DNA from: Carcharhinus longimanus
Lineage: Eukaryota
Reading direction: 5' to 3'
Assembly: GCA_030264375.1 (NCBI GenBank)
Contig: JASCQW010000148.1
Location: 12,815,648 to 12,879,647 of the forward strand
Length of the DNA stretch: 64,000 nucleotides
The notes under the pieces are model-generated. The model saw only the letters and a list, made by a program, of their open reading frames with translations, searched no databases and was not told the origin of the DNA. Positions 52,440 through 64,000 of this stretch are shown here, piece by piece (within the stretch, counting starts at the first letter, position 1; each line of letters starts with the position of its first letter). Position numbers and translations under genes: made by a program.

Positions 52440-54010
52440 ACAAAGAACAAAGAAAATTACAGCACAGGAACAGGCGCTTCGGTCCTCCAAGCCTGCATCG
52501 ACCGTTCTGCCCGACTGAACTAAAACCCCCACCCCTTCTGGGGACCAAATCCCTCCATTCCCATTCAATTCATGTACTTGTCCTGACGCCCTGTAAAACT
52601 CATTATCATCTGCTTCCAGCAGCGAGTTCCAGGCACCCGCCACTCTCTGTGTAAAAAAAACTTGCCTCATACATCTTCTTTAAGCCTTGCCCCTCGCACC
52701 TTAAACTTATGCCACCTAGTAATTGACTCTTCCACCCTGTGGAAAAGCTTCTGACCATCCAGTCTGTCCATACCCCTCATAATCTTGCAGACTTCTATCA
52801 GGTTGCCCCTCAACCTCCATCATTCCAGTGAGAACAAGCCAAGTTTCTCCAACCTCTTCTCATAGGCCAAAACTTGCTAGGAGCATAGGAACAGAAATAG
52901 ATCATTTAGCCTCTCACACCTGTTCTGCCATTCAACAAGATCATGGCTGAACTATGACCTAACTCCATATATCCGCCTTTGATACCTTTGGCTAATAATA
53001 ATCTATTAATTCTAGTTTTAAAACTAACACTTGATCTAGTATCAGTTGCTATTTGCAAAAAAAAGTTTCAAACTTTTACCACCCTTTGCACAAGAACATA
53101 AGAAATAGGAATAAAAGTAGACTGTTACCCATTTGAGCCCATTCTGCCATTCAATAAAATCATGGCTGATCTGATCATGGCCTTAACTACCTGCCTATCC
53201 CCAAGCCCCTGACTCCTCTGTAGATCGGGATGTTTGTGTGAAGAAGTGAATCCTAATTTCACTCTTGAAAGATCCGGCTGCAATATTTTTGAGTATGACT
53301 CCTAATCCTACACCCCAATTAGGATAAATTGGAATAAATTATTCACACTATCTGTTCCCATTAATACCTTGAAAACGTTGATCAACTTTCTCCTTAACCT
53401 TCGATCTCTCCTTGTAATTTAACACTTGGAGACTATGTATCACTCCGGTAAATCTATTTTGCATTCCCTCTGAGGCCAACATATCCCTCCAGGAACTGCT
53501 CCCAGTACTTCAGGTATGCTGTGATCTGGGCTTTGTGCAACTGAAGTCTTATATCTATGCCCGTATGTTCTATCCCTCCCTCCAGATATCAAAGCCAGCA
53601 TTGCATTAGTCTTTCTGCATATTTTCTGCGCCTGTTCATGGCATTTTAATTTCAGTCTGCGTGTCTGAACCCACAAAACCTTTTAACTTCTTACCATTTA
53701 GAAAGTAGTCTGTTCTGGTCTTTTTAGGTCCAAGAACCTCACATATGTCTTACACTGAAATCCATTTGCTACAGTTTTGCTAATTCACTTAGTCCATCAA
53801 TATTTCTCTGTAATTTTGTGCTTTCATCTACATTGCTTTATGAATGAATCCTGCCTATCTTTGTATTACTGACAAACTTGGATGGGTGACTTTCTATCAT
53901 ATCAGCTAAGTCATTGAATGTAGTGAATCTTTGCAGCAGAATACTTGTCACAGCTGTCTCCTCCTGCTCAGCCAATTTCCTATCCAGGTCAATAATCTGC
54001 CTTCAATCCA
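52440..54010 (-). mobile_element. Cluster of CR1 LINE 3' fragments
   Basis: Several tails (caaagaacaaagaa; aagaacataagaaatagg) and peptide FFTQRVAGAWNSL. Confidence 0.8.
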
Positions 54011-54820
54011 ACTTTAGAAAACAGTTTCTTCTAAGGTACAAAAACAGAAACAGCAAATTCTGGAAAAATCTCAGCAAGTCTGACAGCATCTGTGGAGAGA
54101 GAGCAGAGCTAACATTTCAAGTCTGGATGAGCCTTGAAGGGTTCTGCTGAAATTTTCCAACATTTTGTGTTTTTGCTTTACAGCATCCGCAGTAATTTGC
54201 TTGTATCCCTTCTACAGTACCTTATTTAGGTGGTGGATTATTTGAAAATTAACAGTAACTTCCAGAACTAGAGAATAACCAATATAAGAACAATCAATCA
54301 GCTGATAGATAGAAGGGGACATTGGATCTTTCTTAGGGAATAAGAGAAAAAAAATCAAATGAGAGAAGGACTTGGAGCGAAGAGATTGAATAGGTGTCAA
54401 TTGATAGAGATATGTTTGAGATACACTTCGGAAGGGTGATATAAAGAATACCATTAGGACTAGACATCTTATTGGATTTCAAAGAACCAAAAATCTGATA
54501 GACCAGGCAGAGATAAAGTTAGTATTGCATATAACGGTTGAATAGAATGGAACAATATAGAGGCTGTTTTCCAATTTCATCAAAGTCTGTGTTTTCAGGA
54601 AAAAAGTAAGATGAAAATATTAGCTTTCTATTTAGATATTAGGGCGTTCTGTGAGAAGTAGATATGAGGCAATGGACAAAAGAGCCCAGCATGAGGAGAT
54701 GTGTAGGAATTAGGATTGATTGAATATGAATAGATTTATTAACTGCAGCAAACAAATGGCATTGGTCCCAGACAAATAGAAGAGTGGAAGTGAAGCCATT
54801 GTTGATGGTGATTTCAGCAA

Positions 54821-54930
54821 GAGAATTTTCCCATCCCACCCATCACGGGAATCATAGTAAGTGGGGGCGGATCCCACCTTGGATGGGATTTTCCAGTCTT
54901 GATGCAAGTGCGGCTGGAAAATCCCACCCA
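54821..54930. mobile_element. Short Harbinger-type MITE
   Basis: gagaattttcc ... ggaaaatcccaccc ends similar to the TIR at 4955-4967; internal tgggattttccag/ctggaaaatccca palindrome. Confidence 0.65.
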
Positions 54931-55391
54931 ATAAGTTAGTACTTTTAATTTTATTTAATGAAAGATTGAAAAGTTGGAAGAATAATAACAGATCATTTCG
55001 TATCATGAGAGAAAAATAGTTTCAGGAACAAAATTGAAATCACGTGATTGGAAGGAGCTACCAATCTTAAAAGAGCCAATATTTACTTGGTTGCATTTGC
55101 GGCATCCTAGTCAATGAAAGTTCATAGAGGAACCTGAACAAATAATCTATGTGTCCTTTAGAAGAGAAGTTATTTGCATTAAGACGTTGTGCAGAATCTT
55201 CCAAACTCCAGAGCAGTGAAATCTGAAGTTGCTATTTTGCGTCAGACCCTGCAGAAATCCCAGCTTGTTTAAACTTCCAAAGGGCTCAATTACACTACCT
55301 GGACACAACATAAAGTCTGAAAGTCTCCAACATTAACTTCAGTTTCAGAGACAAGGGACAGATACAATGGGTGTACCTGGACAGATAATTT

Positions 55392-55690
55392 TTTAAAGTT
55401 TATTTATTAATGTTCCAATTATCTTCATTAACACTGCAATGAAGTTACTGTGAAAGTCCTACAGTTTTGCGCCTGTTTGGCTACACTGAGGGAGAATTTA
55501 GCATGGTCAATGCACCTAACCAGCGCGTCTTTCAGACTGTGGGAGGAAATTGGAGCACCTGGAGGAAACCCATGTAGACATGGGGAAAATGTGTGAACTC
55601 TGCACAGACAGTGATCCAGGCCAGGAATAAGAACCCAGGTCCCTGGATCTGTGAGGCAGCAGTGCTAACCACTGTACTACTGTGCTGCCC
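55392..55690 (-). mobile_element. HE1-like V-SINE (aataaataaact-tailed subtype)
   Basis: tRNA-like head on the minus strand at about 55690; aaagtttatttatta tail. Confidence 0.85.
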
Positions 55691-55913
55691 TGGCTATGCT
55701 CAATGGCTCTTGTTACCTAGCTCATTAAGTGAATTACTACTCATAGATGAGCCTAAGACCATAGATGCATGCCTACCACAAGAATCTACCCTGAGCTGCC
55801 TGCCATTCTGAAACATGTATCTCCCTTGAATTTATCTGCAGTTGGCGGTTATTATGTTTGCTGATGTTACCAGTGGAAGGTTGCCTGTTTCTTTTAAAGT
55901 GCCTTGACATGCT

Positions 55914-56192
55914 AAAGTTTATTTATAATTAGTGTCACGTGTAGGTTTACATTTACACTGCAGTGAAGTGACTGTCTCAATCCCCTGATTGCCACACTTG
56001 CCTGTTTGGGTACACTGAGGTAGAATTTAGCATGACCAATGAACCTAACTAGCATGTCTTTTGGGCTGTGGGAGGAAACCTGAGCACCTGGAGGAAACAC
56101 GCAGACACGGGGAGAATGTGTAGACTCCACACATACGATGACCCAAGCTGGGAATCGAACCCGGGTCCCTGGCGCAGTGAGGCAGCAGCGCG
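55914..56192 (-). mobile_element. HE1-like V-SINE (aataaataaact-tailed subtype)
   Basis: B-box gggttcgattccc on the minus strand; same body as 55392-55690. Confidence 0.85.
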
Positions 56193-56824
56193 GCAAAAAA
56201 GGAATTGACAATCCCAATGTGAACTTTAGATGTTGCGTTGTTACATGGATCCTCCTTGTTGGTGGTTTTTAGGGTCATTAGCAATGGGAGCTGGTTATTT
56301 AATTCCTTGAGCCTGCCATGCCATTCATTTAAATCATAGCTGCTCTGTCTCTCAGCTCCAATTACTTGCTTTTGCTAAGACACATCTCATTGTATCCTCA
56401 GTTAACAAAACCATGTCTTTGTCTTTGAAGTTCCAACTGTCTGAACAAATGTATTATTTTTTACAAGGGAGCAAGTTGCAGGTTTGTTATATTCTTTGTG
56501 AGAAAAAAGTGCTTTCAGATTTTCATCTCAAATAGTTTTGTTTGAGGTCATTGAGTAGATTTTCGCTCTCACCAAAGTCAGGACTGTGGGTGCTGGTGAG
56601 TGAAGTATTAGAATGATAGAATCCCTACAGTGCAGTATGAGGCCATTCGGCCCATCCAGTCTGCAGCAACTCTACGATAAAGCATTTGATTCAGGCCCTA
56701 ACCTCATAACCAAATGTATTTATTCCTTAAATCCCCCCTAACTCACACATCTTAGGATACTAAGTGGCAATTTAGCATAGTCAATCCACCTAACCTGCAC
56801 ATATTTGGACCATTGTTCCTGTTT

Positions 56825-57263
56825 GGAAGGCATTCGGCATTCTTGGTTTTATTGGTCAGAACGTTGAATACAGGAGTTGGGATGTCTTGTTGAAGTTGTA
56901 CAAGACATTGGTAACACCACACTTGGAATACTTTGTACAGTTCTGGCCACCCTCTTAAAGAAAGGATATTATTAAACTAGAAAGAATGCAAAAAAGATTT
57001 ATTAGGATGCCACTGGGACTTGATGGTTTGAGTTAGAAGGAGAGGCTGGATAGGCTGGGACATTTTTCCCTGGAGTGTAGAGAATTAGGGGTGATCTTAT
57101 AGAGGTCTATACAATAATGAGAACATAGATAAGGTTGATAGTCAACATCTTTTCCCAAAGGTAGGAAATTGTAAAACTAGAGGGGTATTTTTTTTCCCTC
57201 AGAGAGTGGTGAGTACCTGGAATGAGCTGCCAGAGGCAATAGTAGAGGCAGGTATAATTTTGT
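56825..57263 (+). mobile_element. CR1 LINE 3' fragment
   Basis: ttgtacaagacattggtaacaccacacttggaatac (LYKTLV.PHLEY) and downstream CR1 C-terminal motifs. Confidence 0.85.
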
Positions 57264-60200
57264 NNNNNNNNNNNNNNNNNNNNNNNNNNNNNNNNNNNNN
57301 NNNNNNNNNNNNNNNNNNNNNNNNNNNNNNNNNNNNNNNNNNNNNNNNNNNNNNNNNNNNNNNGTCCCTGGCGCTGTAAGGCAGCAGTGCTAACCACTGT
57401 GCTACCATGCTGCTCTGCTATAACAAAGTGATTAGCTAACATAACTGAACTGAGCAACAATCCATCCACTCAACATCTCAATCCCTCTGCCCAACCTGAA
57501 TTACCCCTGACATAACCAATTCCACCTCCTCCCCCAATCAAACCAACCCTTCTCTGACCTGACCATACTACAACCCAACTAATTCCTGACCAGTCCCAAC
57601 TACAAAAGGATGGGGGAGTCTGGCTGCCCACTCACTCAAAGATCTTTGAAACTTACCTGAATTTGACAGCTCATGCTGAAAAAAGAGGGCATGTCCTCTC
57701 TTCATCCTTCTTCTCCTAACCTTGCCACTCTTGCCCTAGAGTGTCTGTGCTGGCTTAATTCTGCTGCAACCAGGATCAGAAGTCCTAGCTGAAAATATGT
57801 AATATTGCCAAGATGCAGAAAACCTCACTGAGAGCAACAATAGTACCGCTGGCCAGAAGATCTATGCCTCTATCTTTTCAAATGAATGATTCTAAAATTC
57901 CATTACCAAAATTCAAAGCAGCGTAGTTGTTGTCCTGACCAACACTCCTCTCTCAAAAACCTCACCATAAGATCAAATTCAGTGCTGTATTTACAATTCT
58001 ACTGTGCACAAAGACATTGCTACATTTGCCTGCATGGCAATGGTGACTGCACATCAAAGTAATTCCTTGCATGTGGAGCAGTTTAGGATATTTCTAACAG
58101 ATCACACCTAAACAGTAACCTGTCTTTTCCTCTTTCAGATGTTCAGCAGGCTACTACATTTTAATGCCCTTAAAACACATTTGAAACAAAAGGATCCTTC
58201 AAGTAGCGGACAGAGGAATGTCATGCATTAAGTGCACAAAAACATGGCATGCAAGGACAGTCGTAGGAAGCTGAATTTTGAGACTGCAGTTGAATCTGAC
58301 TAGCTGTCACCAATCTAATATCTGCATACTTATTGATTATTATATTCTTGATTTGATGCTTACATTTCTCCATGGATGTTGGCCATTTCAGTACTGTCAG
58401 TGGCTATTGCATGACAAAGTTAAAAAAATCTTCACTAAGAACAAGTGAGCAAGCTAAAAACAGGTTGCAAACAAAACAGAATACTACAGTCCACCCATAA
58501 ATTGGAGAGCAGTCTGCATTACATACTAAGTAGTAAAACCCAACATAGCAATATCATAATGTATTTTTTAAAAAGTTAGGTAAAACTCATCACCACTCAC
58601 TTACTTCCTTTGTTTCTAAACTGTGACAATTCCACAACTGCAGTACTGAAAATGTTCCAGAAGGAAGTAGTTGATACATTCATAGCAGGAAACATCATCT
58701 TCCTCTCACAAAGAAAATAAAATAAAACTTCACATAAGCTAACAGCTGCTGGATGCCTGACAGGCACAGCATTCTGGAGGTTTTACTGCACGTGTTGGCA
58801 GGGTAATCTGCTGGAATTTCTTGGCCCAAGCCATTTGCATAACTCAACAGCATTCCTGAAGTGTTCTGCCTCCTGATAGGGCCTTGCATCCAAATCAGGG
58901 ACAGAGCAAGATTATAACTCTGTCTCTGAAGCTAGCAACAGCACTTCTGGCCCCTGGCAGCAGGATCTAAATACCCAGATGCCCAAGGATTGTCAGAAGA
59001 GGGGAATTATTTCTAACCTTCAGTGAATCTCCGGTGCTATTGATTTTCTGGGTGCTTCCAGGAATCTCAGATTTTTTAGTCTGTAGAGAGATATGACATA
59101 TGCCCTGCTACATGCTCTTTTAGGCAAAGTCAGTCGGGTAAGGGTAGGGAATGTCATTGACAGTATCCCTCCCACCTGATCTGCAAACCGGACCCATGCT
59201 GATTCCAGATGTAGGTCCAGTTCTGCCCACATTAGAAAGCATTGGAAATCTTAGGGCAGCATAGTGAGACTGGAAGCTTGATGCAATGAGACCGTTCCTC
59301 ATTTCCTCTTTACCTGAGAACTGAGCATTCTTTTTAGAATAAAGAAATGAACAATCTATTGAAAAGAGATCTAAATGCTGCAGTTTTACTTCTTAGAGAT
59401 GAATAGTAACGATACCCATTTCTACAACATTCAGTAGGCATCAACTCACCTTAAACATTTCTGCTTCAGGTTCTTGTGCACAGGCAGGACCTGTGTAATT
59501 GGTTCTGATTGCATTCAGTCATACCCTCTGATTGATCTAATTGGTTCCACTAACTTTCAGTCCTGCCCTACAAATGATCAGACCAGTTCTGGTAGATCCC
59601 AATCTAATTGATCGATTCTGACAACATCCAATTTCATTGAAAAGACTGATTTTCCTGGCAAAATGCTAACAAGCTGACACATGGAATGAAATGCTAACTG
59701 TCAGCTTGAAGTGTGATGACTAACATGTACGCACTACTAATGTAATTCTGCACTGATCCAGCTGCATTTTCACTGTGCTTAAAAGGGGTTATTATCATAA
59801 TATGTAAAACCAGGCATCCTCACCCCTTTTATAAACGTTCATAGTTGTAACACCATTTTACAGCAACTGCCTGTTGCTAGTTAGTTCTCCAATTACAGGA
59901 CTTACAAAGCACACATTAGGAACAGAACAGTCATTTAATTTTTNNNNNNNNNNNNNNNNNNNNNNNNNNNNNNNNNNNNNNNNNNNNNNNNNNNNNNNNN
60001 NNNNNNNNNNNNNNNNNNNNNNNNNNNNNNNNNNNNNNNNNNNCATTAGGAACAGAACAGTCATTTAATTTTTGGTGTCAAACTTTCTTTGGAGACAGCA
60101 ATTTTATTTAACTGTATCTTGACACAGCTTCCTCAATATGAAAGCTCATCTGCACACAGTTGAGCTAAAATCACTCATATATTTACTACAGTGGTCAAAT

Positions 60201-62259
60201 AAGTTTTAACCTGTAGTTTTTCTGTGATCTTACAGGTTAAGCTGGATTTGGTTAGAGATAGATAAGTGCCCACCAACTCTGTACACAATTTGGAACCAAT
60301 ACCATTCAATTTTCACTCCAAATTTTTCTCCTTATAATTAAGAATTTCACAGTTTCAGTCATATTTCTTCATTCTTTGCTGATCCGATTCACTAGTAATT
60401 CAAGAGGTGTCAAAGAGCACAAGCTTGATCAGCAATTTATACTCCAATTGGACAGAGCTTGGATCTAACAATCCTCATTTAGGCTTGGGGTCAATTCAGC
60501 AATGGTCCACTTTGACTCCTGAAGGCAACAAAGATTTTACTTGGAGTCAAGCTGGCACGATTTGGTTTTCTCACCTCAGTAATGCTGATCAGTTTTGAAG
60601 CCTAACAGTTCTAGTCTGGGTATGAACATACAGATAGTTAATCAAGGCCTTGCAGGCTGTAGGAAAAAAATATAAATCACCTGCCAAGCTTTTTGTAGTC
60701 ATATTGAAAACACTTTCCAGTGTGAGAAGAAAAACCTTTCAATTTTGTCAGACAGATTTTGAAGTAAGCCATAATCATCAATAGGCCCAAAGAAAGTGAT
60801 GAGCCTTCTCACCTGGGCTCCGAGCGCAAGCCTCCAATTAAAGAAAAATTGTTTGTTTTTAATGGTCTTTTACACTGACAAGTGGGCAATCATTCCAGCA
60901 CCGGTAGCTGTCAGGGATCCAGGAAAATCCTCAGTTGATAATGCCCAATGCTTCCAATTAGGAACAGTGAAGGTCTGCAACCAATAATGATTTCTGGNNN
61001 NNNNNNNNNNNNNNNNNNNNNNNNNNNNNNNNNNNNNNNNNNNNNNNNNNNNNNNNNNNNNNNNNNNNNNNNNNNNNNNNNNNNNNNNNNNNNNNNNCTC
61101 CTGGAGAGCTAACGATTCCCCAGTCTCCACAGGCCCTCGATCAGACTTTTACTGCAAATTACTGACACAAAACAACTTGTATTGATGGCGGAACATGTCG
61201 TCCGTGGCTGCTGAGTTTAATGAGGCGATGGAAGTTTGGTTTTGCTGAATTTCTTTGTTTGACAGCTGCTTGGGAAGAGGAGTGTTGACCTTATAAAAGA
61301 TTTAGTGATTCTCATTATATTCTGTCAAGTAGTAGAGTGATGTGTTTCTAAGTAATTTGCATCCAGGATCCTTGTGCATATTTTTGCAGAGCATTTCTAT
61401 ATCAAAAAAGTAACTGTTGAAATCTTTCTGTCAGTTTATTTAAAAAAGTGTTTGTCCATAAGCTGCTTTGTCATGAAGTGGTGGGTGGGGGGGTTGTGCA
61501 AGAAGGGGATAGAGCAATGTAAAAGAAAGAGTTGTATCTATCTGTGGCCCACCTCAGAAAATGAACTCTATAGTTTCAGTTTTTCCTGGATATATTATAA
61601 AACTACCAACACATAGTGGCAGATGGCGTACACAGCAGGGAATACTGGTGATAAGAGTGGCTCTGTATCTGTGACGCTTTCTGACACAAACCTGGACCAC
61701 TTGCTGAACAAGACTGTAACTATAATAGGTTTTGTGGGTGTGATTATTTTTAACAAGTTGTCAACAGCTCTTGAGAGTTGCTGATAATTTTTCAGGCCAA
61801 CCTCCCTTTTGTTTGTTTTTCTCTATCTTGGAGTACACTGGATATCACTAGTCTGTGACACTCTTGCTGCCTTTTAGGGTGGGAAAGAAACACAACAAAG
61901 GAGTGCAATTAGTAATATTAATCAAGATGTAATGTCTTCCTGTTGGCTATTTAAACCGTCAGTATAGTTTCTGCAACAACCTGAATGGCCAAGCACATTG
62001 GTTCTCGAGTCTTTTTACCTGCAGACCATTTACAAAAGATCTTGTAGACCACTGGTCCTACACCACTTGCCACCAGAAAAAGAGTCATGAAAATTAATGG
62101 GAGCTATAAATATTGTGCCTCTTTTCCCTACTAAATGTTAATAAATTTGTGAGATTTTTACTAAATATCACATGTAAATTATTAATTCATGCCAGAAACA
62201 AAAGCATGGACATTTCATATTTTTGTTTAAAAGTTAATACTGTTAAAGGAGTGTTAAAA

Positions 62260-62532
62260 GGTCAGCATGGTGGCATAGTGGTTAGCACTGCTGCCTCACA
62301 GCACCAGGGACCCGGGTTCAATTCCCATCTTGGGTCATTGTCTGTGTGGGGTATGCATGTTCTCCCCGTGTCTATGTGAGTTTCCTCCAGGTGCTCTAGT
62401 TTCTTCCCACTGTCCAAAAGATGTGCTGGTTAGGTGCATTAGCCATGCTAAATTCTCCCTCAGTGTACCTGAACAGGCAAGTAGGGGATTTTCACAGTAA
62501 CTTAATTGCAGTGTTAATATAAGCCTACTTGT
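62260..62532 (+). mobile_element. Full-length HE1-like V-SINE
   Basis: A box tggcatagtgg, B box ggttcaattcc, V-core, tail tgtgacactaataaataaact. Confidence 0.9.
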
Positions 62533-63224
62533 GACACTAATAAATAAACTTCAATGTTATAATCTTCTTCAAAACAAAAACTCACCCGACATCTTTATTA
62601 ATTAAATAAAATCATTATAAATGTTGCTTCTAAAATAACATTCTTTTGCTCACTTATAACAACTCATGTCACGCACACAGGAGTTGGTGTTGTGTGACGT
62701 TACACAAGCGGTGGGGATGAGTTCTCAACTGTTCTTTTACACAGTATTTCATTGGCCATAGCATTGTGCGTCTGTGACTTGAATTTTGGAGCAGCCTGTG
62801 GAGGACCCTCAAGGATCATCAGTGATCCACAGAGTAGACTTAGAGAATAACTGGTCAAGGACATTGTCACTGTGACATGATTTGGGCAATATCACACAAA
62901 AGGTCTGAAAACTGCCCAAGTTCATCACAGGTGTGGGTCAGTTTGGAGTATTTCAGTACCTTGACCACATTTTTGCAGGATACATTACATTTGAGAAATT
63001 CTACATTCCTTTCTAATTAACTCTATATAACTTTCCGATATTATTGTAAAGCACTTTGGAAAATGCTATATAAATGCATGTTTCTCTTGTCTGTCAAAAG
63101 TGAACATCCACATCTGTAGGTGTAACTTGCAATGACAGGAAACTGTTAACAAATGTGATTTTGTTTATATTGGAAGGATAAATACTGAAATTTCATAATT
63201 TGAGCTTCCTAAGATTTCAGTGAA

Positions 63225-63990
63225 AGCAATCTTATTGGCTCGTCACACTGGTCAATCGGTGTGGTGAGCTGGTAAGATTGAGAGAGGCAAGAAACTGGGT
63301 TCGCATCAGGTTTCTTGCCTCTCGCTATACTACTGGTCCTGGATTGCAGGCATGATTAGCCTGGCGCCAGGGAAGGGTGGAAGGTTGATTTAAATATTCA
63401 TCTAGATATTATTAGTGAGCCCTGCACACAATCGTATGGGCTCACTTGCCTTAATAGCCTCATAGGTGGAGGTCCTCACCAGCAAGGATCGCATATGATC
63501 TCCACCAATGGGGCACAGCCTGAGGGAAGGAGCAGGGCTATGATGGGGGTGGGGCTAAGTGGAGGTAAGTGGGGGGTTCGGCCAGGGTGGGGCAATGATC
63601 AACCAGGGGCAGAGGGACAGGGGGGTTGCGATGTTTTAAGGGGAAGAGGGCGATATCCGGGAATAGTGGGGTTGTTGGGGGAGAGTTGGCTGGGGAAGCC
63701 AGCGATCGGCAGCGGGGGGGGCGGGGGAGTGCCAAATCTTCAGTATTCTCAGTTACACAGAACACTGAGAGATCTGCGCAAGCATGATAGCGCCCTTTAA
63801 CTGTGAGCAGCTGGCTTTCCAGTGAAAATAGATGCCATCCACCCCTCCTATTGGCGTGAATCAAACATTGCCTTTTTTTTGCACTAAGTGGCATAAGATC
63901 ATGTCTGAAAGTTTGCTGAAAAATGGCCACAATTATCTCCCGTTTTAATACTCATTCGGCAATTTGAATTTTTTTGGTAATATCACCTCT
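63225..63990. mobile_element. Non-autonomous Harbinger-type element
   Basis: G-skewed GC-rich interior resembling the reverse complement of 16487-17450; 14-bp subterminal hairpin at 63282-63323. Confidence 0.6.
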
Positions 63991-64000
63991 TGTGAGTTAT

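Larger units (their letters stand above)
36924..64000 (+). other. QKI: QKI intron 1 (partial)
   Basis: Follows the exon 1 donor; no QKI exon 2 peptide (ISRVRKDMY...) seen in the rest of the window. Confidence 0.85.

Noticed and set aside
62260-62330. tRNA gene
   Set aside because: The tRNA-like A/B boxes are the head of a multi-copy SINE followed by the V-core and tail; the same holds for the other copies.

Overview
Repeat-rich vertebrate genomic DNA, most likely from a cartilaginous fish (inferred from the HE1-type tRNA-derived SINEs, CR1/L2 LINEs, Penelope and Harbinger repeats). The only intact host gene segment is the CpG-island promoter, 5' UTR and first coding exon of QKI (quaking; CDS 36782-36923, + strand). 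Everything downstream is QKI intron 1. The upstream 36 kb is intergenic and holds a decayed two-gene Harbinger transposon (DDE transposase plus convergent Myb/SANT ORF), nested CR1 LINEs, Penelope fragments (one with a minimal hammerhead-ribozyme motif) and Harbinger-type non-autonomous elements. The most unusual structure is antisense in QKI intron 1 (about 44890-49126): a Gypsy-like LTR, a PBS-like site and a gag-like N-terminal domain running into a decayed UACA-family coiled-coil sequence. This may be an LTR element that captured a host gene segment; it was later interrupted by a solo LTR and a nested non-autonomous DNA element. All family assignments come from motif recognition by eye, not database searches, and repeat boundaries are approximate.
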